64,000 nucleotides of DNA, from NCBI RefSeq assembly GCF_009914755.1, contig NC_060929.1. One strand, given 5' to 3'. Position numbers and translations under genes: made by a program. The notes beneath the pieces are model-generated. The model searched no databases, was not told the origin of the DNA, and worked only from the letters and a program-made list of their open reading frames with translations. Positions 1 to 13,784 of the stretch are shown here, in pieces (position 1 is the stretch's first letter; each line of letters starts with the position of its first letter). Origin of the DNA: the human T2T-CHM13v2.0 reference genome, Homo sapiens.

Positions 1-349
1 CTCTCATGCTGGCTTTTCCTTTGGGGTTTTTATTTCTGAAAAGGTAAACCTTTTTTGATAAAATTCAGGAAATAAAAGTACAGTAATTCCTTAATTCATA
101 TATAAAAGTAGAACATTCAATAGAAACTAAACCTGTCTGAATTGCGTACATATGTAAACAGAGGTTCAGACTCATATAATTCTAAATGGATGTTAAAACT
201 AAATTTCCATTCGGACATTAAAAAATTTGTAGGGGTGCAGGATTTTCTCAGCACTGAAAAATCATTTGCATCATGTCCCTCCCTCAAATGCTAGCAGTGC
301 CTTCAATCAATGCAGAAATCATTGTTATATTTTCAGTTTCCAGGACTTG

Positions 350-472
350 TTTACTAACTGGAATGAAAATATAGAGGCATGGTAGCTAGTCAGTATCTCT
401 GTATGCCCTTAAACTGCCTAGCAAAATATCTTGCATGTAATGGGGTAATAAATAATAATTTCCCAGTTAACT
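350..472 (+). mobile_element. Highly diverged L2 3' end fragment
   Basis: ctgtatgccctt...gcctagcaaaatatcttgcatgtaatgggg...aataaataat resembles the L2 3' terminus. Confidence 0.35.
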
Positions 473-926
473 GAGAATTCAATTCACCTCTTCATTGAAT
501 AGCTGGCTTACATTGGATAAGAGAGCTTAAATAAATCAAACAATGTGCATATGGCATAACCGTATTTCAAATGTAGGCCCCAGTCATATCTAAATGCATC
601 AGCTATCTGATTATTTTAACTCTTGAAAAAGAGTATAAATTGTGAAATCTCAAAAATATTTCAAAAACATTATCATCGCTCTTGAGAGTATGATAAAATA
701 AAATGCGTTCAGATACCTTTTATCACACCCAAAAAAGTAAAAAAGCATCAGATCTGCCAAGCACCCCAGCCAACTGTGACCCTTGTTGTTCTAATTGTGT
801 GTTTTTCTGTTATGTGAATACCTTTGACAAGTCCCCTCCCATTTTGCTCCTGGATTGTATATCTAGTTAAATACATTTAAAATTATTATATTTTTGTAAG
901 ACAAAACTGTTTAACATCAAGGAAGC

Positions 927-1098
927 TGTATATATGTATATACATAAATGAATAAATGTATATGTATATAATGTATATGTATGTACATAAATGTATAAAT
1001 GTATGTGTATATATAAATGTATACATATACATATACATTCTCTCCATATATAGGTATCTCTCTATATGTCTATATATATGTAGAGAGAGAGAGAGAGA
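927..1098. repeat. (TA/TG)-rich low-complexity tract ending in (GA)n
   Basis: Direct reading: gtatatatgtata...tagagagagagagagaga. Confidence 0.9.
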
Positions 1099-2212
1099 AA
1101 TTAAGCCAAGAGGTTTTCATGCTGATGATAGGGCAAGAATGGTAAAAATTGAATTGGGACACAATTAATCCATGGCTAAGGAATCGAGGCAAAGCCTTAT
1201 TTTATAAATGTGGGTAGACAAATTTATGTCCAATCTAGTAGACCTTGTGTTGTTCAGACATTGGCAACAACACAACCACAGATTTTCTTCTGAGGTTCCT
1301 GTGGTAACTGTAGCTTAATTTAGTCTCCAATGTGGGTTGGAAGATGTTGAATAGAATCATGCTTTTCTTGCCAGCTTTTGACCAAATAAATGTCACTTGA
1401 CTATACCCCCATCCCTCCAAGTACATTACGTCCAATCTATAATTGTGGGCATTATGACTAACATTTTTTTACTCTTTTCCCCCAATTTAAGTTTCCATCA
1501 TGGATCCCACAAAGCATATCCTGTCAAGTCCAGTGGCTAAGCATTTGTGGTAATTTCATTTGAAATGTGTAGAAGATTTATAGCTTTTCATTAATGTTAA
1601 TGGTTCAACTGAGTGAAAAGTATATTCAATCAAGTGCTCCTTAAAATGGGGTTTCTAGACTTCACTCAAACACAGCTGGTTTCGAGGCAGAGTAAAGCAA
1701 AGCTTATCCCTGCCAAAGTACATATGCTTTCTACAATTTAAGGAGTGATTTTTAAAGCACTGACTCACTTGCCAAAAATCTAATGTATTATTTATTTTGC
1801 TTTTGTGCGTGTAGTAATTGGCAAACTAGAAATGATGGAGAATTATTCAGTCATCATCTCTCTCCCTTCTGGCTTGGCACTCATCGCAGTAGCTAATGAA
1901 TGCAGTGGTGGGAGGTTATCTGTCATCTTGCAGCTACTGGGGCTACTTGTCATTAGTTTTCATAGATACCTAATTGTTGTTGCTGTTCTGCCTCCTGGGC
2001 CAACTAGGATCTCAGTGGCTCATCTAGAGACAGTATTAGTTCAATGGAGCACTTTTATGGCAGTTACATCAGTTCACTTATAGGCTATACATTTGTATTT
2101 ACTTCTAGATATGATAACAGATACAAATGTTCCTGAGGCTAAAGGTTAGAAACCATGATAATAAGGAAACCTAACTTATCTTCAGCTTTCAGCCAAAAAT
2201 CATAATCCTGTT

Positions 2213-2925
2213 TGTAGCCAGTATAAATTAAGACTTGTCATGTTGTAAGTTCAAAAATAAATTCTTAAACTGTTTGGTTACAAAGGAAACATTCTGGTTG
2301 AAATATCTTAAAAGTCCAAAAGTAGAACTGACTTTATGCCTGGCTGGATCCATAGGCTCAAACAATGTTACTAAGATCTGATTTTTCTTCATCTCTTGGC
2401 TTGCTCTACCTTAGCTATATTCTTAAGAATGCTCCTCTTTGGGGGGAAATATTGTCGTCAGCAGTCTAGATTCATGTTTACCTGGTTCCAGATCCACACA
2501 CAAACAGCACCAAAAAAAGAAAGAATAAAGAATAAGGAGAGTGAGAGAGAGAGGGAGGGAGAGAGAGAGAGAGAGAGGGAGGGAGAGAGAGAGAGAGGGA
2601 GGGAGAGAGAGAGAGAGAGGGAGGGAGAGAGAGAGAGAGAGAAGAGAGGAGAGAGAGAGAGAGACAGAGAGAGACTATAAAATATTCCTTTTGTTCAACA
2701 ATAAGAGAAAAGATTCTAACAATGTATGTTTTTGCCTCTTCATAACTCATGTATTGTTCCCTGAACCAATCACTGTAACTAGAGGCATGCGTGTTGCGAT
2801 TGGACAGATCTAAATCCACGTTCACTGCTAGATTGAGGATGAAGTTAATAATGCCATAACTTCTTGATCTTAAAAAAATCAAGGTGATTTACCTGCAGAA
2901 GGATGAATTAATAAATATTGCAACC
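2213..2925 (-). mobile_element. Old ERVL-MaLR LTR (MLT1K/LTR16-like), interrupted by a GA microsatellite
   Basis: aaaagtcc...gcctggctggatccataggctcaaacaatgt and cctgaaccaatcactgt...gattggacag match the reverse complement of MLT1K-type LTRs; compare the + copy at 44599-45175. Confidence 0.55.
2538..2674. repeat. (GA)n homopurine tract with periodic GGGAGGGA interruptions
   Basis: Direct reading. Confidence 0.97.
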
Positions 2926-4449
2926 CCTCCATCTGGTCCCTGCCTTATCAGAAGAAACAAAACACATTTTAAAAAATCAGTTATCTATATACTCTTTAAG
3001 ATGAAACCAAAGTCATCTTTTGATATACTAGGTGGTCTTTAGGTCTCATCTAAAGATGGAGCTTGGGGCTACAAATAATATGAGGGTCCGGAGACACTTC
3101 AGGAGACCACTCTGTATTCTGAGAGGAGCTCAAGAGATTCTTAACTCTTCTTATTTTCTAGCTCCACAGAGAGAAACTATTGAACCTCTGAATGTATCTG
3201 AAAATTCCCATGTGGAGGAAGACTACAAGAAGCTTTTATCCTAATTACTATCCTTTGAGATGATCTGTAGTACCCAAGAGCTCCAGAGCCACATTACAGT
3301 TTGGGTCTTAGACAGAAGTCTCTGGCTTTGCCCCAGTTGTGGATGTAGTATAAACCTGAAATTTGTCACTCTTACTATGGAGCTAAATATTCAAAAAAAG
3401 CTTTAAAAAGGAATGTAACTAAGGCTAAGGTAAAAACAATATATTTTTATATAACTCTGGGTAAGAACTAGTAAATAAAAGAAGTACACTGTAAGCTCTA
3501 CCGATTTTAAAAAATATTTTAATTGACATTAAAATTTAATATATTTATGGGATACGATTTGATGTTTTGATACATGTCTGTGTTGTATACTGATCCAATC
3601 AGGGCAGTTAGTGTACATATCATCTCATACATTCATTATTTCTTTTGTGATGAGATTATTCCCTCCCTTCTAGCTATTTTGTAATGTATAATATTTTACT
3701 ATCAATCATAGTCACCTTACTGGGCAATAGAACATCAGAATGTCTTCCTCCTATCTAATTGTAACTTTGCACCCATTAACTAACCCCATTCCATTCTTCC
3801 TTTCCCAGTTTCTTGTATCTAGTATCTATCAGGTAACTATTATTCTACTCTGCTTCTATGGTAGCAAGTTTTTTGGGGGGTGGGGTGGGTGGGAGGTGGA
3901 TTTCACATATGAGTGAGATCAAACTGTATGTGTCTGACTTATTACACTTAACATCATGGTCTCCAGGTTCATTCACGTTGTCACAAATGACAGGATTTTG
4001 TTCTTTTTCATGACTGAATATTATTCCATTCTGTACATATAGCATATTTTCTTTATCCATTTATCTATTCTTAAAGACTTTGATTTCATATCTTGGCTAT
4101 CGATATCTTTTCAATATATTGGTGTCATTTCCTTTGGCTCTATATTCAGTAGTGAGATTACTGGATTGATTGTAATTCTATTTTTAATTGTTTGAGGAAT
4201 CTCCCTATTGTTTTTTATAATGACTCGACTAATTTATGTTTCCACCAACAGTGTGTTTGTCTTCCTTTTTCTTCATATTCTCAACAATAGTTGTTTTCTT
4301 TTATCTTTTTGATAATAGCCATCTAACTAGAGTGAAGTGTTACCTCATTGCAGTTTTGATTTGCATTTCCTTGATGATTAGTGATGTTGAGCATTTTCTC
4401 ACATATCTGTTAGCCATTCATATTTCTTATTTGAAGAAATGTCTATTAA

Positions 4450-4836
<387 letters not shown>

Positions 4837-7800
4837 TAGACTATTTATACATTCTGAATATTAGTAGTGGGTTTGTTATATGTGGCTTTTATTAGGTATC
4901 TTCCATACCTAATTTGTTGAGAGTTTTAAATCATAATGAGGTGTTGAATTTTCTCAAATGCTTTTTCTCTATCTATTGAAATGATCGTATGTTTTTTGTC
5001 TTTCTTTCTGCTAATCTCGTGTATTACATTTATTTATTTACATGTGTTGAAACAAACTTGCATTCCTGGATTGAATCGCATTTGATCATAATGACCTTTT
5101 TAATGTGCTGTTTAATTCATTTTACTAGCATCTTAAGAATTTTTGTATCTACGTTCAGCAGGGATATTAGCCTGTAGTGTTGTTTGTTTGTTTGTTGTTC
5201 TGTCCTTGTCTGGTATTGGAGTCTGGGAAATGTTGGCCTCATAAATTGAATTTGGAAGTTTTCCCTTCTCCTCAAATTTCTGAAATAGTTTAAGGAAAAT
5301 TGGTACTAGTTCTTTAATTGTTTGACAGAATTCAGCAATGAAGCTGTCAGATCCTGGGCTTTTCTTTGACAGATGGCTTTTTATTTACTGATTCCATTTC
5401 TTCACTCATTATTGATATGTTCAGATTTTCAATTTCTTTATAATTTAATCATAGAAGGTTGTATGTGCTCCACTGTTTATACATTTCTTTCATTTTGTTC
5501 AAATTTGTTGGCATATAATTGTTCATAGTAGTCTCTTATGACCCCTTTTTTATGGTATCAGTTGTCATGTATCCTTTTTTATCTCTGATCTTATCTTTAT
5601 GAGTATTCTATTTTTTAGTCGAGTAAAGTCTGAAAATGTTTGTTTTTCAAGAAAACATCTCTTCATTTAGTTAAATTTTGTGTTGTTTTCTTTTAGTCTC
5701 TATTTTATTTATACTCTGAATTTTATTATTTCTTTCCTTTTAACAATTTTATATTTAGTTTGTTTCTGTTTTGCTAGTTCTTTGAGGTGTATTATTAGGC
5801 TGCTTATTATAAATCTTTCTTCTTTTTTGATATAAACACTTATTTCTATTAGCTTCCCTCTTAGAACTGCTTTTGCTGTGTACTCTAGGTTTTGGTATAA
5901 TGTATTTCTCTTCTTATTTGTTTCAAGGAACACTGAAATTTCCCTTTTAATTTCTTCATTGTCTCATTGGTTGTTTAGGAGCATGTTGGTTTATTTCCAG
6001 GTATTTGTATAGTTTCAGAAGTTTTTTTTCTTGTTGTTTTCTGGTTTTAAACCATAGTATTTGGAAAAAAATATTTGATTAATCTTTTTCTTTAAAAAAC
6101 ACGTTTTGTGGCCTAACATGTGATCTATCTTGGAGAATGTTCCATGTGCAGTTTAGAAAAATATGTATTCTGCAGCTGTACTGTAAATGTCTATTAGGTC
6201 CACTTGGAATATATATAGGGTGTTTTGGGGTGCATACATACTTAAAATTGTTATATTACTTTCTTTAATTAATCCTTTTATCATTATATAATGACTGTTG
6301 TTTTGTAGTTTTTTTCCCTAAAGTCTATTTTATCTAAGTATGGCTAATCCTATCTTGTATTTTTTATCCATTTATTTATTCAATATATTTTTATTGGATA
6401 GTTTAATTTATTTATATTCAATTATATTTATATAAATATAATTTATTTATATTTATGTCTATCATTGATAGATAAGGACTTCTTATCTATCCATGCCATG
6501 CTAACTCCTTACCTATCTATGCCATTTTGTTAATTATTTTCTGGTTATTTTGTAGATCCTTAGTGGGATTCTTTTTTTTCCTTCTACTTTTTATCTCTGT
6601 AATTTGGTGGTTTTCTGTGATGGTAAGCTTTGTTTCCTTTCTCTTTCTCATTTGTTTATCTGTTGTGATGTTTTTCTTTCTGGTTACCATGGAGCTAACA
6701 TAAAGAGACTTCTAGTTATAATAGACTATTTTAAGCTGATGGCAATTTAATTTTGGTCACATAAAAATAGACTATTTTCCTTTCCCCCACAATTTATATT
6801 TTTGTTGCCCTAATTTACTTTTTTTCAAATCCATTTTGTGTTGTTGTTTTTGACCATTCTTGGCTTTAAACCTTCATACTAAAAGATGAAGAGATTTACA
6901 CAGCACCATTACATCACTGGGCTATTCTGAATTTCATTAATAAATTTGCCTCTACTGGTAAGGTTTATATTTTCATGTGTTTTTGTGATACTAATTATTG
7001 TCATTTTGTTTCCAATTGTAGCACTCCATTAAGCATTTCTTTTAAGGCTTGTCTAGTGGTAATGAAGTTCCTCATCTTTTGCTTTTCTGGGAGGTCTTCA
7101 CTTTTCCTTGAATTCTGATGGACAGACTTGCTAAACATAGTATTCTTGGCTGACAATTGTTTTTTCGCTTCAGCACTTTGAATGTATTATCTCATTATCT
7201 CCTGGTCTGCAAAGTTGTTGCTGGAAAATCTACTGATAGTCTAATGGAGATTTCCTTATACTTGACTTGACAATTTTCTCTTGAAGTTTTTAAAATTACC
7301 TCTTTATCTTTGTCTTGGACTGTTTTATTATAATTTGATAATGTTTTATGGTTGAATCAAATTGAGAATCTGTGAGCTTTGTCAATGTGGATGTGTATCT
7401 ATTTGCCAATACTTGAGCTGTTTCAGCTTTTGTTTTGTTAAATAGGTGTTATGTGCCTTCTTTCATGTATTCTTCCTTTCATTCTCCTGTAATGTGAAAA
7501 TTTGCTCAGTTAATGATGTCCCATAAGTCCTGTCGGCTTTGTTCATTGTTTTATACTCTTATTTCCATTTTTTCCCTGTAACAGGATTATTTTTAAAGCC
7601 TCATTTTAAGTTCAAAACTATTTCTTCTGCTTGAACTAGTAAATTGTTGAGGCTGTCAAATATAGTTTTTATTTCACACATTGAATTCTTCACTTTCAAT
7701 ATTTCTGTCTCTTTTTATGACATCTTTGTTGAATTCCTCATTCTGATAATGGATTGTTGTTCTGATTTTAGTGACTTGTTTGTCTGAGTTTCCTTTTATT

Positions 7801-9399
7801 CTCTGAGTTTCCTTATAATCATTATTTTGAATTCCTTTTCAGACATTTCATAAAATTATTTTATTTCTGGTCTGTTTCTGGAGACTTATTGTGTTCTTTG
7901 GGAGAGGGTAGTGTCATGTTTCCTTGTTTTTTCATGATTTTTGCATTTCTACACTGATATCTGTGCATCTTGTGCAATCCTTGCCTTTTCCAATTTTATT
8001 AAATGGCTTTTGTTGGAGACATTTTTTTTTCTGTAGATGGGTCCTAGGGTGTTGGTTGTGTATGGTGCATTGGCTTTGCTTCTAGGCTCACTAGCATGGT
8101 CTCTGTGCAATTTTTTCAGCTATAATCCTTGTTAGCAATGTCTACAATTCCCTCAGTAGCCTAGGCTGTGGGAGTTTTTAATCAAAGTGTGCAGTTTTTC
8201 TGTCATGGAAGTGGGGGTGTGGGTAGGAAGGGCAGGGCAGACACCAGTTGGTTGTCAGGCGGGGAACATGTGGGTGCAGAAGCCTTACAGTCTGACTGGC
8301 ATGCTCTCCAGGGAGATAGTGGCCACCATCAGACCAGCTTTTGGGCCTTGCATGGGTGAATGTGGTTACAACAGGGCCAGGTGGCCCTGTGGCAGATTGT
8401 CCGGGGGGAGTGGGCCTGCTGCCAGACCAGCTGTCAAGTTTGGTACAGATGCTTGCATATGCAGTGAGGCCAGGTGGCTCAATAGTGGTCTGTCTGGGCA
8501 GTAGGGCCACCACAGGACTGGCTATAAGGCCACTGTGGTCAGTGTGGGTGAGAGAATTGGCAAACAGTGTCGCATGGGTATGTGAAGGCAAGGTGGCCAG
8601 CCAGCTATTCAATGACTTTTCCACTGTGCAGGTTTAATTGTTCCCCGGTGGGTGATGTGCCACATGGGTCACATGCCAGGGTCTCAGTTGTTCCATGTGG
8701 CCTAGGCTCTGGACAGTGAGGGTCATGATGCTATAGTCATCTGTGTGAACATGGTAGAATGACAGTGGGGCATCAGGGATGGATAGTCAGGTGCTACTGG
8801 ACCCTGGGGAATGGTGCACTGTAGTAGTGGGTCCACTTTCAAGATGGCACTGAGTCATAGCAGCTTATGTCATGATGGTATAGGATACTCAATGTGGGCT
8901 TCTACTCTGAGACAATACAGCTGTGTGAACATCTGTCTACTCTCCAAACTGAATGTGGGACTGTAAAGACATGGAGTTGCTCCTTTAGGAGGGATTGCTA
9001 GTGTTTCTGTCAGCAATAGGGGCTACTGGAAATATTCACTTTACCTTTTTCCCACAAGAACCACAACTCCTCCCCCAACTTTGAGCCCATCCAGTAGGAT
9101 AGACAATATAGCAGAGGCAGGATGACTCATTCCCTTCTCTATGGTGCTATACTGGGCTGCTATGCTCCACAAGGATTTTGCCACTACCGTGGTGCCCTTC
9201 ATCTTATTTCTTTGGTCAATCTAGTTGAAATACAGTTGTTTATTTGTTGTTTTGGTTCCATATTCTAATGGAAACAAGCACCAGCTAACTCTAGCTGGTC
9301 ATCTTGCTGATGTCATTCTGGGTTTTACAGATTTTATTCATTCAGGAATATATAACACAGTAGTGCATAGTCAACATAGATTGTGGACCTGAGATATTA

Positions 9400-9480
9400 A
9401 TGTGTGTATGTATGTATACATACATACACACACATATATATGAATAACAGATTCAAATATATATATATTTGTTGTATATG

Positions 9481-9522
<42 letters not shown>
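9400..9522. repeat. Compound (TA)/(CA)/(TG)n microsatellite
   Basis: Direct reading. Confidence 0.92.
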
Positions 9523-9523
<1 letters not shown>

Positions 9524-9652
9524 TTGTTGTTTAGGCTAAAGTTCAGTGGCGCAATTATGGCTCACTGAAGCCTCGAACTCCTAGGCTCAAGTGATCCTCC
9601 TGCCTCAGCCTCCCAAGTAACAGAGACTACAGGCACACACTACTATGACTAT

Positions 9653-9687
<35 letters not shown>

Positions 9688-9818
9688 TTTCATTTTTTTG
9701 TAGAGATGGGGTTGTTCTTTGTTGCCCAGGCTGGTCTTGAACTCCTGGCCTCAAGCAATCCTCCTGCCTCAGCCTCCCAAAATGCTAGGATTACAGTCAT
9801 GGGCCACTGTGCCATGCC
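9524..9818 (-). mobile_element. AluJ with (TTTA)n expansion in the central A-rich linker (~9650-9690)
   Basis: gcctcgaactcctaggctcaagtgatcctcc and gttgcccaggctggtcttgaactcctggcctcaagcaatcctcc are J-type arms. Confidence 0.92.
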
Positions 9819-11124
9819 AAATTTTTTAATGAGAGCATAACTTGAAGGGCATGAAAGTTACTCCTGTACACTCCAAGTGTTTCTGTTGAAGTTGCACACA
9901 GAGCTAGCTTTAGGGTAGAGAGTAGTACCAAACAGCCAGTCACCAATCAACTATATCTGCCATAGTAGCTACGAGTATGGGAGTTAGGTATATCATGAAG
10001 ACAGTTTTGAAACTTCTCATGGTGTTTTAGAGGTCCAGACTAAAGAAGTGCACTGAGAAGCAAAGTAGTAAGTCTATCTTTACTACATTGAAACATCTTA
10101 CAGATTAATTTATCATACTAATTGATCAATTATTAATGTTTCTTATAGAAATAAAAATTTACGCTCCAAGTAAATTTACACTTTAATTAGGCAGCTACTT
10201 AAATGTCCTTAGAAATAATAGCTCAGTGATATGTCAATATGTATTGAATTCTACTGTTATTATTTTTGTTTCATTAAAAATCCATATTTTTTCTCTCACG
10301 AAGGAGCTTTATTTTGAACATGATGTTGTCTCAGACTAAATTGCTATCTGAGTGCAAGATGGACAATATTTTCAACTCTGTAGGAAATCACATTTGTCAA
10401 GAAAAGATTTCAAACTGGCAGGTCAATTAGGAGAACAGAACCCCTGCTTCTAGGCAAATTTCCATGCTGGTTCTGATCAGTGTGTCAGCAGCTCTGCCCT
10501 GTTGGTGAGATATGTGACCTTACTAAATGTACACTTTATTTCCAGAAAAGAAAGAAAAGTACTGGAGGATAGTATAATTCATGTCCAGAATATAATTGTG
10601 ACTTCATAAATCAAACTAATACCAAAATTTAAAAACTGGATCAAATTCTTTTATTTAATAACAGTGATTTTGAAGTGTTTAATAGTTTTCATCTAAAGGC
10701 CTTTAAAAATATTTTGTAAATTAGAAATAGAGTGCACATTTATTTACTAATAAATTAGTAAGCCAATTAACAGTCCTGTTTAACATGTAGTAAATAGTCA
10801 TTTCAACTTTCCCTGACTTAACCAGTGAGAAAAACAGCATCCATTTAAGGGCCACATTTCCCCAGCTCAAAAGTATTGTCAGCCCAGGGCTGTTTTGTCC
10901 AGCTTGTGTTAGCGAGACACTAGTACATTTTTGGAGAATGCATTTTTTTATTCTTCAGATTTCTGGAAGGCAAACTAAAAGAACACATTTTAAAAAGGTT
11001 TATTTTAATTTTAAGAAATTGCATGTCAAGTACAGTTTTAAGGTAAAATCTTAATATATCATAAGGGCAGACTATTTTCAAATCAGATCCAGAGTGAATT
11101 ATTTAGTCAAGTAAATAATCCTTT

Positions 11125-11760
11125 TGTAATATATTCTTCAGTTTGGTTCTTTCATTTAAATGGAACAGAAACTCAGTGACAATACCACATGTAAGGGGGT
11201 ATATAGTTATGAAGAAATATACGGAGAGCAACACTAACAGCAGGGATATCGAATGAGAAGTAGAATTGCTGTCACAGAACCTGGAATGGAAGCCTTTAGG
11301 AATGGAGGCATTCCAGACTTGGCTTCTTGTTATGTACCTTTCTTTCTTTTTCTTTTTCATATGCCTTTCTTTTTTTTTATTTCCTATGTTTCTTCTTGTA
11401 CTTTCTTATCTACTTTCACAAAGAATGGAATTCTTCCCTTTCTAATCTGTATGAATTATCTGTCTCCCAACTTCTTATTCCTCATAACCTTGGCTTCCTG
11501 TGAGACTGGCACATTCTTCCTGCCTCAGCTCCAACAGCTAACTGTCTGTATCTCAACACTAAATGAAGATTAGAGTCTAATTGGCTCTCTAAGTCTTTTA
11601 TAGACTATCGATTTGCTGCTTTAGGGTGAGTCCCACCCTAAGATCCATCAACTGCAGAGGTCATGTTACATGGTATAAAAAAATAACTAAGGGTTGTACT
11701 TTCAGCACATTCTGAATGTGGGACAGGAAACCGCAGAAAGAAACTCACTGTCTGGTAGAC
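11125..11760 (-). mobile_element. Ancient ERVL LTR fragment (LTR33/LTR16-like)
   Basis: gtctaattggctc...gggtgagtcccaccctaagatccatcaactgcagagg-type motif; highly diverged. Confidence 0.3.
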
Positions 11761-11842
11761 ATTTTGATATTTGACCTGTCCATTGAAATGTTTATAATTT
11801 TCTCAAATTTATTTATTATCTATTTTATGAAATCTGGACTTT

Positions 11843-11845
<3 letters not shown>

Positions 11846-11879
<34 letters not shown>
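11846..11879. repeat. (GT)17 microsatellite
   Basis: Direct reading. Confidence 0.97.
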
Positions 11880-11881
<2 letters not shown>

Positions 11882-12194
11882 TGATATTGTGGGACTCACT
11901 CTGTTATTCATATTGTGGGTGCTTCTCAAGCTTCTACTCTTCTTTTCCATCTCTACAGAAGCCAACCATGTGATCTGAAAGGAATTGATTCCACCCTCCT
12001 CTCCAAAGGTAGGCCTATTCCAAACCATTCAGTCCAGTTCCTTTTTAATAGTAATCGATAATCTAAGACTTGAGACATTTATTATTTTACTCTTCATGTA
12101 TGAGAGATGAGCTAATTAAATCAGTCAGAATAAAGCCTAAGACTGCTGTGTGACCTTCAGGAAAGGTGAGGCCCTAACTCTTCCTGCTTGATAT

Positions 12195-13784
12195 TGTGTC
12201 CGGAATTGGTGGGTTCTTGGTCTCACTGACTTCAAGAATGAAGCCACCGACCCTCGCGGTGAGTGTTACAGCCCTTCATGTGGCGCGTCTGGAGTTTGTT
12301 CCTTCTGATGTTCAGATGTGTTCGGAATTTCTTCCTTCTGGTGGGTTTGTGGTCTCGCTGGCTCAGGAGTGAATCTGCAGACCTTCGCGGTGAGTGTTAC
12401 AGCTCTTAAGGCAGAGCCTCTGGAGTTGTTCATTCCTCCCGGTGGGCTCGTGGTCTCACTGAGCTCAGGAGTGAAGCTGCAGATCTTTGCGGTGAGTGTT
12501 ACAGCTCATAAAAGCAGCGTGGACCCAAAGAGTGAGCAGTAGCAAGATTTATTGCAAAGAGCGAAAGAACAAACCTTCCACAGTGTGGAAGGGGACCCCA
12601 GCCGGTTGCCAATACTGGCTCCCGCAGCCTGCTTTTATTCTCTTATCTGGCCCCACCCACATCCTGCTGATTGGTGGAGCCGAGTGGCCTGTTTTGACAG
12701 GGCATTGATTGGTGCCCTTTACAATCCCTGAGCTAGATACAAAGGTTCTCCACGTCCCCATCAGATTAGTTAGATACAGAGTTTGGACACACAGGTTCTC
12801 CAAGGCCCCACCAGAGCAGTTAGATACAGAGTGCCGATTGGTGCACTCACAAACCTTGAGCTGAACACAGGGTGCTGATTGGTGTATTTACAAACCTTGA
12901 GCTAGATATAGAGTGCCGATTGGTGTATTTACAATCCCTGAGCTAGACATAAGGGTTCTCCAAGGCCCCACCAGAGCAGCTAGATACAGAGTGTCCATTG
13001 GTGCACTCACAAACCCTGAGCTAGACACAGGGTGCTGATTGGTGTGTTTACAAACCTTGAGCTAGATACAGAGTGCCGATTGGTGTATTTACAATCCCTG
13101 AGCTAAACATAAAGTTCCTCCAAGGCCCCACCAGACTCAGGAGTCCAGCTGGCTTCACCCAGTGGATCCCGCACGGGGGCTGCAGGTGGAGCTGCCTGCC
13201 AGTCCTGGTGCCGTGCACCCGCAATCCTCAGCCCTTGGGTGGTCGATGGGACTGGGTGCCCTGGAGCAGGGACCGGCGCTCGTCGGGGAGGCTGGGGCTG
13301 CACAGGAACCCACGGAGTGGGTGGGAGGCTCAGGCATGGCGGGCTGCAGGTCCCGTGCCCTGCCCCGCAGGAAGGCAGCTAAGGCCCGGTAAGAAATCGA
13401 GTGCAGCGCCGGTGGGCTGGCACTGCTGGGGGACCCAGTACACCCTCCACAGCTGCTGTCCGGGTGCTAAGTCCCTCATTGCCCGGGGTCGGCAGGGCCA
13501 GCCAGCTGCTCCGAGTGCGGGCCTGCCAAGCCCACGCCCACCCGGAACTCCAGCTGGCCCGCAAGCGCCACACGCAGCCCCAGTTCCCGCTCGCGCCTCT
13601 CCCTCCACACCTCCCTGCAAGCTGAGAGAGTGGGGTCCAGCCTTGGCCAGCCCAGAAAGGGGCTCCCACAGTGCAGTGGTGGGCTGAAGGGCTCCTCAAG
13701 TGCCGCCAAAGTGGGAGTCCAGGCAGAGGAGGTGCCGAGAGCAAGCGAGGGCTCTGAGGACTGCCAGCGCTCTGTCACCTCTCA
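12195..13784 (-). mobile_element. Solo LTR12C (ERV9/HERV9 LTR), complete, 1590 bp
   Basis: Minus strand starts TGAGAGGTGACAG and ends CCACCAATTCCGGACACA; 4-bp TSD ATAT at 12191-12194 and 13785-13788; CpG-rich U3 and tandem CCAAT repeats. Confidence 0.97.
12620..13135 (-). promoter_or_regulatory. LTR12C U3 enhancer/promoter: 8 CCAAT (NF-Y) boxes and the AATAAAA TATA-like box
   Basis: attgg on + at 12670, 12708, 12837, 12878, 12919, 12997, 13038, 13079; gcttttattc at ~12632; agatac GATA-like motifs between boxes. Confidence 0.8.

Noticed and set aside
2396-2882. ER-rich and LS-rich ORFs
   Set aside because: Translation of the (GA)n microsatellite
8168-8637. Four overlapping ORFs in a GC-richer block
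   Set aside because: Lie in the 5'UTR of the old L1; no recognisable protein
12720-13135. CRISPR-like regularly spaced ~41-bp repeats
   Set aside because: No unique spacers; these are the known LTR12C enhancer subunits in primate DNA
13073-13778. Overlapping 60-204 aa ORFs on both strands
   Set aside because: Chance open frames in the GC-rich LTR12C U3
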